From assembly GCA_905178155.1 (NCBI GenBank), contig CAJINV010000001.1:4878747-4942746 (forward strand): a stretch of DNA of 64,000 bases. The letters are read 5' to 3'. The stretch comes from Amoebophrya sp. A120. Lineage: Eukaryota; Protista; Dinoflagellata. Below are positions 21,003 through 33,800 of the stretch, piece after piece (the first letter of the stretch is position 1; every line of letters starts with the position of its first letter). The notes beneath the pieces are model-generated. The model was not told the DNA's origin. It saw only the letters and a program-made list of their open reading frames with translations, and searched no databases. The position numbers and the translations under genes are program-made.

Positions 21003-24000
21003 TCATAGCAAGGCCTCATTTTCAATTCTCCGTGGTGGGTTTGCATTTTTCCTTAGCACGAAGATGCATTCGTCGAAAGTTTCCTCTACCGACGGCGGGA
21101 TGACGTCGATTTGCTGCCAGTTTGCGGTTAGGTATGGCAATCGCTTTTCGCCGTAGATGCGATGCAGGTATGCATTGCAAATATGTCTGTGTCTGGAAGT
21201 GTTCGACTTTGCCAACGTGCGAGATTGATTCGGGTGGCAGAAAAATAAATATGTTTTGCGGGAGCAGTAAAAGCCAATGACAACCAATTTTATTGGGCAC
21301 CCAAGGATGGCATGTTATTCCATGCAGGACAGGCATTGCGGACCCCTCTCAAAACTTGTGGTGCCACGACGGACCGGCATTGCAGATCTTCATCTTCTGG
21401 GCCCCCCTCCTGCGAAAACTACTGCGCACAGATTCAGGTGCAACTGCAACCTTCCAGACCCAGGCATATTATTTGCAGTCGATAGCAGGTTGAAAAGGAC
21501 AATATCCCCGGGCGGCGCGTTTTTCATCAACCGATCCTGCCCACACTTTGCGTTGCGCCACGCAACCGGGTCGTCGGGGTGAAACGAGGTGGCGATGCCT
21601 TTTCTCGCCGCCACGGGTAGGTGCGCCATGACACTGAGGAACAGCAGGCCGTTGTCGCGCGTCAAGCAGTGCGCGCGTGCCGTGGTGAACACGTCCGCCC
21701 AGGGCGAGATGACGTCCCCGTAGCGCCCGAGGCCTGCGTGCTCCAGGCTGGAAAGGGAAATCACAATGTCGAAGGGGCCGCGGGTGTGATCTTGTTTACG
21801 TTTTGCTTTTTGATTTTGCTGAGTTCTACTTTGGCTTTGCGTCTTTGAGTTCATCCTGCTGTTTCTATCATATCGTGCCTGCGCACCAGAAGCTCGATCT
21901 GCGCTGCGATGTTCTCTACTATCCTGTTCCTCGTCATACTCCTTGAACAGCGTGCGACCGTGAAAGAACTCTGCGGGCGTGTAGCACGTGACTTGCGGGT
22001 GCGAGGACTTCATCGGGCGGTATTATTGTGAGGAAAAATGTCCACACAACCGAGACAAGATGGAAAATCTCCTAGACAAATCCACCAGCTATGGCTGCTT
22101 CGCATGACAAGTTTGTCGTCGTAGTGTAATCCTGTTTAGGTAGTTCCGAAGCATCACAGATCTAGCATATCATGCTGAAGCTAGCATCACAAATTCCAAA
22201 ACACAACTAGAAAATGCTTCTTATGGGGCGTCGCATGATAAACTTTTTTGGCATGCAGATTTGCATGACAAATCTGGGGTGGGAACGTTTTTACTCAGAG
22301 TAGGTATTCGATGGTGGTCACGTGGATCTCGTCGCCGAACACGAGCAGCAACAGCGCCTCCACCCACGGGTAGCTACTGCCGACCACCAAGGCCCGGATC
22401 CCCGCCTCCGCGTCTTCCTCGCGGCCCAAGATGTAGTCGCGGTAGTGCTCCAGGCCCCGGTACAGCGCGACCCGCGAGGCGTCTCCGTAGCCAGAGGTGA
22501 ACATCTGGTTGTACACCCCAAGCAGCTCGCCCTTCTTGTCCAGCAGCTCCTCTTCGGTGAGAACCTTGTCCAGTTTATCCTGAGGAAAAACGTACCCACA
22601 CCAGAGTCAAGATGGGGACTTTGCAACACAAACCTAGAACTTTTGGGGGTCACGCATCACAAATTGCAGTCCGTAGTGTAGTGCAGGTTCGCAAGGCCAG
22701 CTGCGTCAGAAATCGATCTGATCATCCTGTTTACAGCATTACAAATTCCAAAACACGACTAAAAATGCCTCTCCTGGCGATGCGCATTACAAACGTTCCT
22801 GTCATTGCAAATCTGCATGACAACTCTGGCGTGGGTACGTTTTTACTCAGGATACAGTTTGTGCGGGCGCCGGCGCGCGTAGTCCACCGCGGCGGCGCGG
22901 ATGCGTATTACAATGAAAAATGCACCCACCCCAGTACTTGGGAGCATTTGTATTGCAAACCTTTCCAAATGAAACATCTGCCCTCTTGCATGTATCAGCA
23001 TCACAGATTTTCAATCGTGAATAGCAAAAATTTGTATTGCAGAAAACCCCAGCAAGAGCGGCGCTTGTCATGCAAGCGATGCGATACACGCGCACGCCTA
23101 GATTCCGCATCAGAAAGATTCCTACTCCTTCCATGCATGACCAAAAGTTTTCATGTGGAGACTTCGCATCACAAATTTTTGCAATTTCAGGGGTGGGGGG
23201 CACTTTTCACTGTAATAATGCGCGGGTCCTGTTCGCTGCATACGGACAGCCGCTGTTCGTAGTCTACGTCGCGTGCGTATGAAAGTGCACAACTTCATCA
23301 ACTCCCCTTCATTTCTTGAACAGCAATACAAACGGCAGCACTGCACAGCAGCAGCACACGTCGTGGAGGCTTTGCATGACAAGTGGATGCGCCTAGTCTT
23401 TTAAGAAGTACAAGTAGTACTGATACTGTTTGGGCTTGCAGAACCTGTCACGCAACTAACAGTGCCGCAAAGCAGCACTTGGATCCGGGATTTTGCAGGA
23501 CAACTGAGGAGGCGGGAGTCAGTTGCTCACTCTCATAGCACGTCGAGGATTTTGTAGTCGCGGTTGGAACTTCTTCGGGGCAGCACTCTATCAGAAGACG
23601 AGCCTGAACCCCTCGGGTTCTTCTTCGCAGCCTCCACCGCCGCCTGCGCGAAGGAGACTGCGCACCGCATCACGGCCACCCAGCCCTCGACGTAGGGCTC
23701 GGTCCATTCCTCCCACAGCATCTTCCCCACGTCAATGTCCTCGCGGAAGACGCTGAGCCCGTCCGTGGCGGCGGCCGTGGTGCTGTGAATGTCCATCACC
23801 TTATTGTCTTCCGTGATCTGGTTCGCGGAGGACAACCGTGTGAACACCGGTGCGTCCCACTGTTTCAAAAAATTCGCAAAGACTACCGGCATCTGCCCGT
23901 TCATCGTGAAGTACGGCAAAAAGCGCCCCGGGACGAAGGTTGCGTAGCTGAGCCCGTGGTCGATTTCGCCGTAGCCCGCGGCGACATCCAGGTCTGCGTT

Positions 24001-24465
24001 GTTCAGCAGCTTTTCGCATTGGAAATGTCCGCGGGTGTGGTTCCAGAACGGGCCGGGGCTGTGCTCGAACTCGCGGTACTCCGGGAAACGCCACTGCAGC
24101 TCGTGCGCGGGTATGCGACGGTACCGCGGGCCGTTGGTTGCGCGGGGGGCCTGCAGCTCGTCGGTTTTGTTTTTTAGGGACCCTTCCTCGTCGTCCATCT
24201 CTTCGACAAACTCGGGCGAAAAGTACTCGGCGCCCTTGTTCTGCATCATGCTCCAACACAGTTCCCCGCAGTCATGGTAGGTTCTCTCCTGGATGAGGTC
24301 CAGTGTCGTGCGGAACCCGTTGCCAAGCACAGTGATCACCAAGAACGACCCGGCGCCGCAAGACGCGATCACACTCCGGAGCAGGTGGGTCGTGCGCAAC
24401 AAGGGGCGGCCGGGGCATGATGGTGGCAAAGTAGTTCTTGGGGCTGCTGATACAAGTGATGTCAT
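21003..24465 (-). CDS. DUF268-family (class I methyltransferase-like) protein, ~663 aa, with an N-terminal hydrophobic segment and 5 introners
   Basis: Rebuilt motifs ALVVGSSYPWVEA..VTTIEY..FDIVISLSSLEHAGLGRYGD..FNLHRIYGEKRLP; 3463-1471=1992 nt, a multiple of 3. Confidence 0.85.
21169..21484. mobile_element. Introner, family A
   Basis: Perfect DR GCAGG; removal restores FNLHRIYG. Confidence 0.93.
22024..22302. mobile_element. Introner, family C
   Basis: Perfect DR GGTAT; homologous to 22576-22854 and 29551-29837. Confidence 0.9.
22576..22854. mobile_element. Introner, family C
   Basis: 32-bp TIR with 2 mismatches (TATCCTGAG.AAAAACGTACCCAC.CCAGAGT); perfect DR CAGTT. Confidence 0.95.
22906..23217. 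mobile_element. Introner, family B
   Basis: TATTACAATGAAAAATGC ... GCACTTTTCACTGTAATA; perfect DR ATGCG. Confidence 0.95.
23278..23537. mobile_element. Degenerate introner
   Basis: TATGAAAGTGCACAACT ... AGTTGCTCACTCTCATA; DR GTGCG/GCACG; frame restored. Confidence 0.75.
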
Positions 24466-24972
24466 CTTGGATGCAAAAACAATTTTCTTTCGACTACTTA
24501 CTTCATCGACCCCCTACAACCACTTCAACGGTCGCACCAATCAACGAATAGTACGGAACCACGCAATGAACGGGAACTACTTGGAGCACGACCGTGACTG
24601 AGAGCAACGACTATGAGAAGAGGTTGAGAACAAAAGCAGTGCGCAGATTCCTGAGTCCGTCGTATCTTCGTAAGTGCTCTTACGTAGAACAACAATCTGT
24701 CACCAGGGGATTCCGCTTTCGAAAATTGGTTGGAGACAGCTTCTTCAAGCCCAAACTGCTCATTTTATTGGTCTCACCTTGATGGTGGACTTACTTTCAT
24801 GTCGCTAGGCATGAGAATGTACACGATCTTCACACGACGTTTCATACGCCTTTCGACTATGTTGTCCTCAACTGATAACTTCCTGCACAGAAAAATCATC
24901 TTCACGCGAAAAACCTGGAAGCAGTCCATCCAGGCAGGCGTACGTAGTTTTACGAAAAAGAGACATAAAGTC

Positions 24973-27900
24973 TTATCCTCGTCCACACGCGGCCGCTGGG
25001 AACCGAGTTGCCAGAAGCCGCAGAATTTCTTGACTTGCGGCCCCCTGCAAATCGATCTGGTTCACCAAAATGGCGATACAGACACGGTCCTGGGGACAAC
25101 ACACGGCGACGTTGCTGAACAGGCCGGGGTAGCCAAAAATGAGCTTCTGCTTCTTCCTTTCTTGATTCTCGATTGTTGTTTGCGGAGAAAGTCTGCGCAA
25201 CCCAAGGGGATACACATCACCGGCCGGGCGGCGCTGCTGTTCAAGACCTCCTCCCGAAGTGAAACCTTCTTCAGAATTCGCACTTGACTTGTCCTCGTCC
25301 ACGACCTCTGCAGATGTGGCGAAGCTGCTTTTTCTGCTGCTCGTCAAAAATTCATTTGCGTTGTTGTTTTTACCGCTTTTGACCGATTTTTGTTTTGTGG
25401 ACGATGTCAAAAACTGAGCGAGGCCAACTACTGTCGAACCCAATATCGACCCTCTCTTTCTCGCGGCTTTTAAGGCGCTTTCCGCAGTCCCTGGGCTCGG
25501 CGACTCGTCGGTTGGCTCGTCTCCGAGAGCGCTGTAGAGTTTTTCAAGGTATGCCGTGCTAATGATGCGCCCGCTTTCCTGCTCTTTTTGTTTATTTTCC
25601 TCGCCCTCGACGTCCACTACGGGGAGCATGGCATTGTATACGGCCGCGAGCGCCCGCGCGGAGAAGTGCGTGTTTGCTGCAGGGACGATGGCTTGACGGA
25701 CGGAGGGGTCGTTGAAAGCCCGAGGGTCCATCCACATGCCTTGCTGAAAACCACCGGAGAATCTTGGAGGTGCTCCTGCAGCCGCCGCAGGTCTAGCTGC
25801 CTCTGCAGTGGTGCTCCTTGTGGGGCTCTCGCCCTCGCCGCTGCTGGCACCAGCTGCAGGACGAGGGTCGTGTGGAGCAGCGACAGGGGTCGTTGCAGTC
25901 GTAGTCGAGCTTGTTGATGCTTTTTGATTTTGCTTGTTTTCATCTACTTTCGCCTTCTCGTCTCCATCTCCGCCGGAAAGCGAGCCAAACAAATCGCCAC
26001 CGAGCGCTGCTGTCATGGCAAGGAGCGTCGGGTCCACACCGATGCTGGCGATGTCGATTGGTCGCCGCTGTTTCGACTCCTTTTTAATACCGGCGTCCCA
26101 GGACGATTCGTTTTGCGAGCTAGCCTTCGACGGCGGAACGGCGGCCTCCTTTGGCAAGTGAACAAACACCTCGGACGAGTTTTCATCTTCGGAGGACCTG
26201 GATACTAACCCAAGTGGCTCGAGAATGAAAATTTTCACCAGCTCGTCATAGGTCTTAAACGCTTGCCGACCAGAAGACGAACCTCGGCTCTTATTGCCTT
26301 GCGGTTCTCTTTGAGTTGTAGCCATTGATGCTTGTTTTGCGACAACTTGACTGTTGTACACTTCTTCGCACAAGCCTGCAATGAGCCATCCGTAGGTGAT
26401 AGCGTGGTAGTGCTCGTTGCCCAACTGTTGTTTATCCGGACAAGCAGATGCAATCCACCTCTTCATCAGCTGAAAATCACACATCGCACGCAGCGGTTGC
26501 CCCTGCTTCATGTGCGCGAACTTGGAGGGCATGGCTTGCGAGAGCCCAGACCGGTGCTCCAGCACGTCGCGGATCGTCAGGTTTTGTTTGCCGTTTCTCG
26601 CGAAACTGGGCCAGTACTCGGAGACCCGGTCGCTCAGAGAGCGTATCCAGCCCTTGTCGACAAAGATGTGCACCAAGAGCACGGGAAGAATTTTGGAGCA
26701 GGAAAAAGAATTGATGACGGAGCTCGGTGAGATCAAGTCCGTGTCCGTGGAGCTCTTCTCTCCGCACGCCACGTCGATTATCAAATGTAAAAGTGTCTGG
26801 GTCTGGAAGAATGCGCGATCTGTCATGCAGCTTTTCCATGACCCATGAGGTCTGGAATGCAGGACCTAGCATGACAGATTCTGTGCGACCTCTCTCATGC
26901 CTATCCTGCATGAGAAACTCCCTCTCGACTTGGTCAAAACTGGACGACTTTTGGTAATCATGCAACACAGATTTTTGCATGCTTCAGATTTAGCATGACA
27001 AGTTGCATTCTTCCAGACCCAGACATTTTTACATTTGATATCGATCAACTTCCTCCCATTTTCAAAAACGCACACCTGCACGCCGCAGATCACGCCCCGC
27101 TGGTAGAGCTCTTCTAGCTTTTTGTTCAATTCGGACACACAGGCCTGCAGACTTGTTGCTTTGTCAACTGACATAATTTTTCCCAAATCGTTATCTATAA
27201 TTCGAGTGGTCGTCGTCGTCGTCGTGTTCATCTTCGAGAGTATGCTTGTTCCTTGGGTCAGAATTTGCCTCTGCAAGAACTTCTCCTGCTGCACGTGACC
27301 AAGTGGCAGGCTCTGCAGCATCACACTATCTGCGTGTGCGCGAAGGGCTGCTTTAGCGTAGGGCGCCATGCTCTTCAGGTAGCTGTGGCCGATTCCGAGA
27401 GAGACCGCTATCCCGCGAAGACAGGCGATGACGCGGAGAAGGAAAATCACACTGCCTGCGGACGCCATGGCTTCGTCAGAGATCTTTTTCTTTTCAGCCG
27501 CATTTTCTTCTTTCTTCTCTTTCGTATTTTTACCAGCATCGGGATCGGGGGCAGCTTTTTTCTTCTCCAGTACAGCAGCTGTCTTGGACGACTTGCCATT
27601 TTTGCTTGTATCACCCCCATTACCTTCAATCGTGCACAAGAAATCGGTTGCGTCCTTGGAACGAAGATCTTCAACACCGGCAACAACACAAGGAGACGAT
27701 CGGACCTGTTCAGGTTCTTCCAAGTCTGAAATCTCTTCCTCGTCCTCGATGATGACCTCGCCGTTCTCGTCCTTTTTTTCTTCCTCCGGCTTCCACTTCT
27801 TTTTCTGGTCGTTCCACGTCTGGCCAGGCTCGGCGTCGCGGAAGGCAAACCGCACAAATTTCAAGGCGCGGCCGGGCTTTGCGAGAGAGGATTCGTGGCC

Positions 27901-30139
27901 GACGCCAAGCTCCCCGAGTGCACAAATGATCCCGCTCAGGTCCATTTCGTGGGCGGAGACCAAAAGCTTGCAAAACGCGCGCCGGTGCTCGGGGGAAACG
28001 CGTTTTACCAATCCGAAATCCAGCAGAATCGGTTTTTTCGTTCCCTTTTCCACGAGCAGGTTTCCCGGGTGCGGGTCGCCGTTGAAAATTCCGTCGACAA
28101 AGATTTGCTGCGCGAACGCCGCCGAAATGTCTTCCACGAGCTTGTGACAGTCCACGTTCCAGGCTTCGTATCAAATGCAAAATTGTCTGGGACTGGAAGA
28201 TTGGGATTGCGAAATTTGTCATGCTTGTCTGGCATGACCAAAAAGTTTGTGATTCGTGTCCAAGAAGAGACCCTTTTGCCTGTCATGCAAAGACGCAGTT
28301 TGTTATGCGAAAAACGCAACACACAGAAGCGCAGATATTTCTCATGCTTGGCTGTGCATTACAGAGCATGCACTATTCCCAACGCAGCATTACAAGCTTC
28401 CAGACCGAGACATATTTGCATTTGATACTTCCAGCGTCTCTTTCTCCGTCGGCTTGACGCCCTCAATGTATTCGAGGAGGATCACGGATCGCGTGGGTTC
28501 GGTTGAGATTTCAACAATGTGGTCCTCTTCTTCGTGCTGTTGTTGTGTTGAGATGTCAGTCTCGTCCTGTACTCCGCGTAGGAAGTCGTCAAGCTGCACC
28601 TCCGCGTCGCCGGACGTTGTGCGCGAGGACGCCGCCGAAGAGGACGACGTGGTGGCGGGTGTTTGTGTAGTTGTTGTGTCTTCGTCCAGTGCAGTGGCAT
28701 AGCTGGACGCCGCACTGGTCCGCGAGCTTCTCCTGGCATCATGACCAGCTCCACCTCCATTGGATATTAAGGACGACGAGGATGTTATTTTACTCGACCG
28801 TCTCACCTTCAAGACATCCCTTGAAAATGTGGAAGACACCACGGCCCGCGGACCCGGACCAAAGCAGGAGGAGGTCGTCGTAGATTTCCTCCTTCTTCTC
28901 CACTGCTGCTGCGTCAGACCGGCCGCGCCGTTGTCGAGAAAGCCTTCTAGCCCGACCAAGTGTTTCCTCGGCACCGAGAATCTGCGAATGACTTCCGGCA
29001 CGCCGGTCAAGTGCGCGACTTTGCTGTTCTGGAGGTTCCGGCCGACCGTCTCGGTGTTCACCGCTTCCTGGTAGAAGTCCACTTCTTTCCGCGTTTCTGC
29101 CGCCCACTCCTCATACAGAACGCGAAAATCGTACTGGGGCTTCTCCTCGGCCAGCGACTCCACGAGGTATTTCGCGTTATCCAGATCCTGCTCGATCACT
29201 GCCTCGATGTTTTGGTGCTGCACCTTGACGACGACTTTCTGGAAGTTGAGCAGAACCGCGGTGTGCACCTGCGCGATGCTGGCCGTCGCGAGCGGTTTTT
29301 CCGTTATAGACCGAAACGGCCACTGGTGCGGGAAAGCGGCGCGGAGCGTTTCCTCCACTTCCGAGTAGGGCTTCGGTGGTAATGAGTCCTGCAGATTTTT
29401 CAGCACCCGGATCCAGGGGAGCGGGAGCACGTCCGCCCGCGTGCTCATCATCTGCCCCAGTTTCACCCACAGCCCCTCGAGCTTGATCATCTGCTCGTAC
29501 ACCAGCGTGGCACAGCGCGTGTGCACGTCTTCCCAGATCGCGTTCTGCTCTATCCTATGTAAAAACGTCCCCACACCCATAGTCAAGATGGGGAATCGGC
29601 TAGACAAATCCACAAGCTTTGGCTGTTTTGCATGACAAATTTGGACTCGTAGCGTAGTGCTGTTTGACGTAGTTCAGTAGCATCACAGATCTAGTATATC
29701 ATGCTGCTTGGAGCATGACAAACTCCACAACACGACTAGAAAATGCTTCTCATGGGGCGCCGCATTAGAAACCTTTTCAGCATGCAGACTTGCATTACAA
29801 GTACAACTATGGTGTGGGGACATTTTTCAATACGATATGCTCCGGGCTGTAGTCTTCGAACTTCTTGGACTCCTCTTCCGCGTTCGTGTACTGCCGTTTC
29901 ACGTACCAGGCAACGGCGTACACGCGCAGTCTTCGGCCGAAAAGCCCGGTTTTGTAGATGCCGCGGCTGAACAATCGAGCCAGGGAGGCGAAGGGCAAGG
30001 CCATAATGTCAAAAACGCCGGACGGGCTGGTATCGTGGTCTGCGTCCTCTCGTGACTCCTCGTCTCTCGGGGACGGCGTCCAAGAACTTACCGGACCCAC
30101 GTTTCGATCAGAGAAGTCTTCACTGCGAGAAGTAGTCAT
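24973..30139 (-). CDS. ABC1/ADCK (UbiB) atypical kinase fused to a serine beta-lactamase/PBP-like domain, ~1447 aa, 3 introners
   Basis: Kinase motifs GLWVKLGQMMSTRADVLP, PLATASIAQVH, VVVKVQH, FNGDPHPGN and LLDFG. Lactamase-like FSCSK (SxxK), LTIRDVLEHRSGL and YHAITYG. 5167-823=4344 nt. Confidence 0.9.
26779..27040. mobile_element. Introner, family A, young copy (262 bp)
   Basis: Near-perfect ~36-bp TIR TATCAAATGTAAAA.TGTCTGGGTCTGGAAGAATGC; perfect DR TCGAT; near-identical to 45616-45877. Confidence 0.96.
28169..28427. mobile_element. Introner, family A
   Basis: TATCAAATGCAAAATTGTCTGG ... GACATATTTGCATTTGATA; DR CTTCG/CTTCC. Confidence 0.92.
29551..29837. mobile_element. Introner, family C
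   Basis: TATCCTATGTAAAAACGTCCCCACACC ... GGTGTGGGGACATTTTTCAATACGATA; perfect DR TGCTC. Confidence 0.95.
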
Positions 30140-30827
30140 TTGGGGCCGGATCTGGAAAGCAACACAAGTAGTTAGAAATCAACTAGAACTATGATGATGA
30201 TCTTAATACGACACCGTGGCCCACTAATCAATCTACTTGTCGCAAGGATTCGTATGGCCATCCAGCATTCTTTCAAAAAGAGTCAGCGCGGGTGGAGTAG
30301 GGATCTCTTCTTTTTTAGCTCTAGTGTGGGGCAGCTGACGCTGAGGATCGAAGGGAACAACCCTGCGAATGCGACTCCGACTGCGAACAGTGAACGATTT
30401 TTCTTGCGATATGATCGACAAATAACGAATTCAAAGCCGAGGGGTTGACCGATCTGACGAACTTTCGACAGCTCAGGTGCGACTTGGACTTCTAGCGTGG
30501 TGCCTCATCTACAAATGCTTTCGTACTACCGAAGGTGACTTTTGGTTTTGGTTTCAAGAGCTATCTTCTACTACCTTGTGATACAAGAACCTTGCTAAGA
30601 GCTGGCAGCTTGAGCGCTTTTTTCGTGCCTGGTTTGAAGAACACCATCAGTCAACAGTGGCTTTTTGTATGAACGCGATTCGTACAAACACGTACTCAAG
30701 TTTCCGAGCCAAAGAAGTGAACCAAGTTAGTCTGTCTCTCGCTCTCTTTTACGGAGAGTTGTCCCCGATATAGAAAAACTCCAGGATCGATCTTCTTCTA
30801 CTAGATCGATGCACCTTCATCGTTGTG

Positions 30828-33800
30828 CTACCCATCATCAGGAGATCTAGCGACGACGCTGGGCGACGAGGAGGGAACCGTGAAGATAGAAGGCGACGTC
30901 GTATTTGGATTTTTTCCATTTGTTTCCAAACCAGCTTCGGATCTTTCGCCCTGAGTTGTGCCATAGTGAAAAATCTGCCTCAGATACCCCGCTGCGGCGA
31001 TCCACTTGCGTCTCACCAAAAAATACCGCAGCTGACGTTGAATTTTCCTTCCCGCGTGATACCGCCTCATTGTTTCCAAGAAACGACAACGCACCCAGTA
31101 ATACTTCAACTGGCGCACCACCACCGTCTTCGCACGGATCAACTTCAATGAGTACAAATACCGCTCGGCCATCTTCTGCCGCCAGAAAGACTGCAGCCGC
31201 ACCGCACAGCCGAGCTGTGCAAAATGCCGTCTGGTTTTCGTTCCGCGCCAATTTGCTTGGATCTTGATGGTGCTCGCAACCTCATTTGCAAACATGCGGA
31301 GGGCGCGTTTGACCAACATCATCCGGACGAGCGACTGCAGCTTCGTTATGGCCTTGGTTCGCTTTTTCTGCAGCACACGGAAGCTCTTCTGAATCTTTGC
31401 AGCACTCTTGAGCTCCGCAACTTGCTTCCGCTTTTGTCTTGCTCGGAACCTCGCTTGCAACCTGACGATGACATATAGGAATTTCTCCAAGCGCTTCTGC
31501 CGTTTGTCCGCCCAAAATCGGTAGATTTTGCGCGCCGCATGCCGAATGGTTAACAGTTCGGTCAATTTCTTCTTCCGCCACTTCCGCTGCAGTCTCGCAG
31601 CGGCCACAATTTCGCGAAAACGCAGCCGCGCACGGGTTCCGCGCCACCACTTCTGGAGGCGGAGCAGCTTCACCATCTTCGTCGCGACCTTTAGCAGCCG
31701 GCAGAAGCGCCAGAACTTCTGCAGTCTCTTCGTCGCTTTTTTCTGTTTTCTCACCCTGTCCACGAAGCGCCAGATGATCCACATCCGAAAGAAGGACTGC
31801 ACCTTTTTCACCGCTTTGGTTCTCCTCTGTACTTCGAGCCGTCTCTGCGCAACCTTGCGTCGCCAGTGCATCGCAACCCGGGTCACCGCGACGGCTTGCT
31901 CGGTGGCATGGTGGAAGTCCAGCCAGCGTGATAGGTGGTTCTCTTCGTCGCCTGTCGTGTGGTCTTCGTCCGCTCCAATGTCAAATCTTGCTCGTGCAGC
32001 TCCTGTAGATGTAGTTGTCGTGGTGGCCCTTGCGGCAGGTCTACTAAGACCTTGCGCCGATTGTAGAGGAGAGATTCCAGCTGTCGATGTTGTCGACGTA
32101 GCCCCGCCCACTTTTACAGGACCGACGGCCGAAACCGAGGACGCTGCAGCAGATTCAATTACAGCAGGGGCGGTAGCTCGCGCAACGGAGGTGGGAATTA
32201 TGACTTTCCCTGCTGCAGCATTGTTGGAGGTTGCTGGAGTTGTTTTCATTCTCGTTTGCTGTGCCAACGTGGGTACCGCTTGCGCACTGGGAGTGACCCT
32301 TTGCGGTGGCGCAAACGGCTGCTCGGGGTCGTCGGGCTTCAACAAGGTCAAGATTTCATCCGGCGAAAACCACTTCGTCGCCGGAAAGAAGCCGCCAGAT
32401 TTGTGCGCGGAAACCGCTTGCACGTCGTTCCCAATGCGGATGCTGCCCAGCTTCACGGGCAACTTGGAGGTCATGTCAATCATCCTCTTCTGCGCATTGG
32501 TATGCTTCTCCAATACCACACACTTTTGCCAGTCTCTGCTCGTCGGCGTGCGTCGGGCGAGAACCTTCTGTGTTTCCTGGTAGAGCAAGTGCACGCGCTC
32601 GCTGACTTCGGAGAGCAGATGTAAATCCTTGGCGTTCTTCGCGGCAGTTGTGGCTGAAGTTGAAGAAGAAAACTTTCTCCCTCCTTGATTTCCTGTCATC
32701 GAGCTCGAGCTCGTTCTACCCGCATCAAGTTGTTTCTTGCTGACTGCAAAGGGCTCTCGTGCTTGCATGACCGGAGGCCTGATCGGCATCGACACGCGCT
32801 CTGGAACGGCTGGGGCAGGCATATCTGCGAGCGGGTTTCCTTGTTTGGAACCATCTCGTCGTGGCTCGGGTGCGTCAGCGTCAGAATCGTCCTCAGCAAC
32901 GGATTTCTTGGCTGGACTCTTCATATTAGTATCACCCCCGTTCAAGAACGGCGATGCGACTCCAAGCGGGGACGCAACTGGGCTCGTGATTCCTACATTA
33001 TCACTAGTTCTAGCGTCCTTAGCATCTTCTTTCTTGGGCGACGTACCTGAGGGCGTTTTCGCGGTCGGACGTACTTGAGGCTGTTTTTTTTCTCGTGATG
33101 GGGACACGCCCGGTGGACTGGCAGTGACAATTGGAGATTTATTGACCTGGACGTGTTTTTTCTTCGGCGTGGGCGTCACGCCCGATTTGCCGAGAAGAAT
33201 CATGCTGGGCTTTTCTTCCATTGGAGATGATCGCGATCTCGGCCGCGCCGTCACTGCTGGCGTCGAAGCTGCTGCGTAAGCATACCGGCTCTTGAAGTCC
33301 GCTCTCCCTTCGTAAGGCTTCACGTGCGCGTGATCCCGCTCCTGTCCCCGAACGTTGCTACCAATCGTCCACCCGGTCTGGGAAAGAGGAATGTAGTACT
33401 CCCGGTGTTCTTCCTGATTTTTCCGCATGCGCTCCGCGATGTGACGATCGTAAAGCGCGCTGCTGGGAACTGTCTTCGAAAGCTGCTTGCTTGCCGATTT
33501 GTCTTCAGCTTGCCCTGCTGTCGCCCTGCTCCGGAGCCCTGCGGACCAGAGTCCGCCGGTAGCAGCGGTCCACAGTGTGTTCTTGCCGGTTTGCTCCTTG
33601 TGACGAGATTTATTTCCCGTCCGATGGTTGTCCGCCTGCCACTGTGCGAACACATCATCTTGGAGCGAAGATCCTACTAGGCCTTTGCTCCTGGTGGTGT
33701 CGCTCTCATTTGGCAATGGATCGGTCTTTTTGGCATGACTCGAACTGGTAACGGCGTGTGCAAGACGGTCGTATACTGCGTTTTTGTCCTTTTTGGTTCC

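Noticed and set aside
24973-26826. Beta-lactamase as an antibiotic-resistance gene or bacterial contamination
   Set aside because: It is the C-terminal domain of an intron-containing eukaryotic ABC1 kinase fusion.
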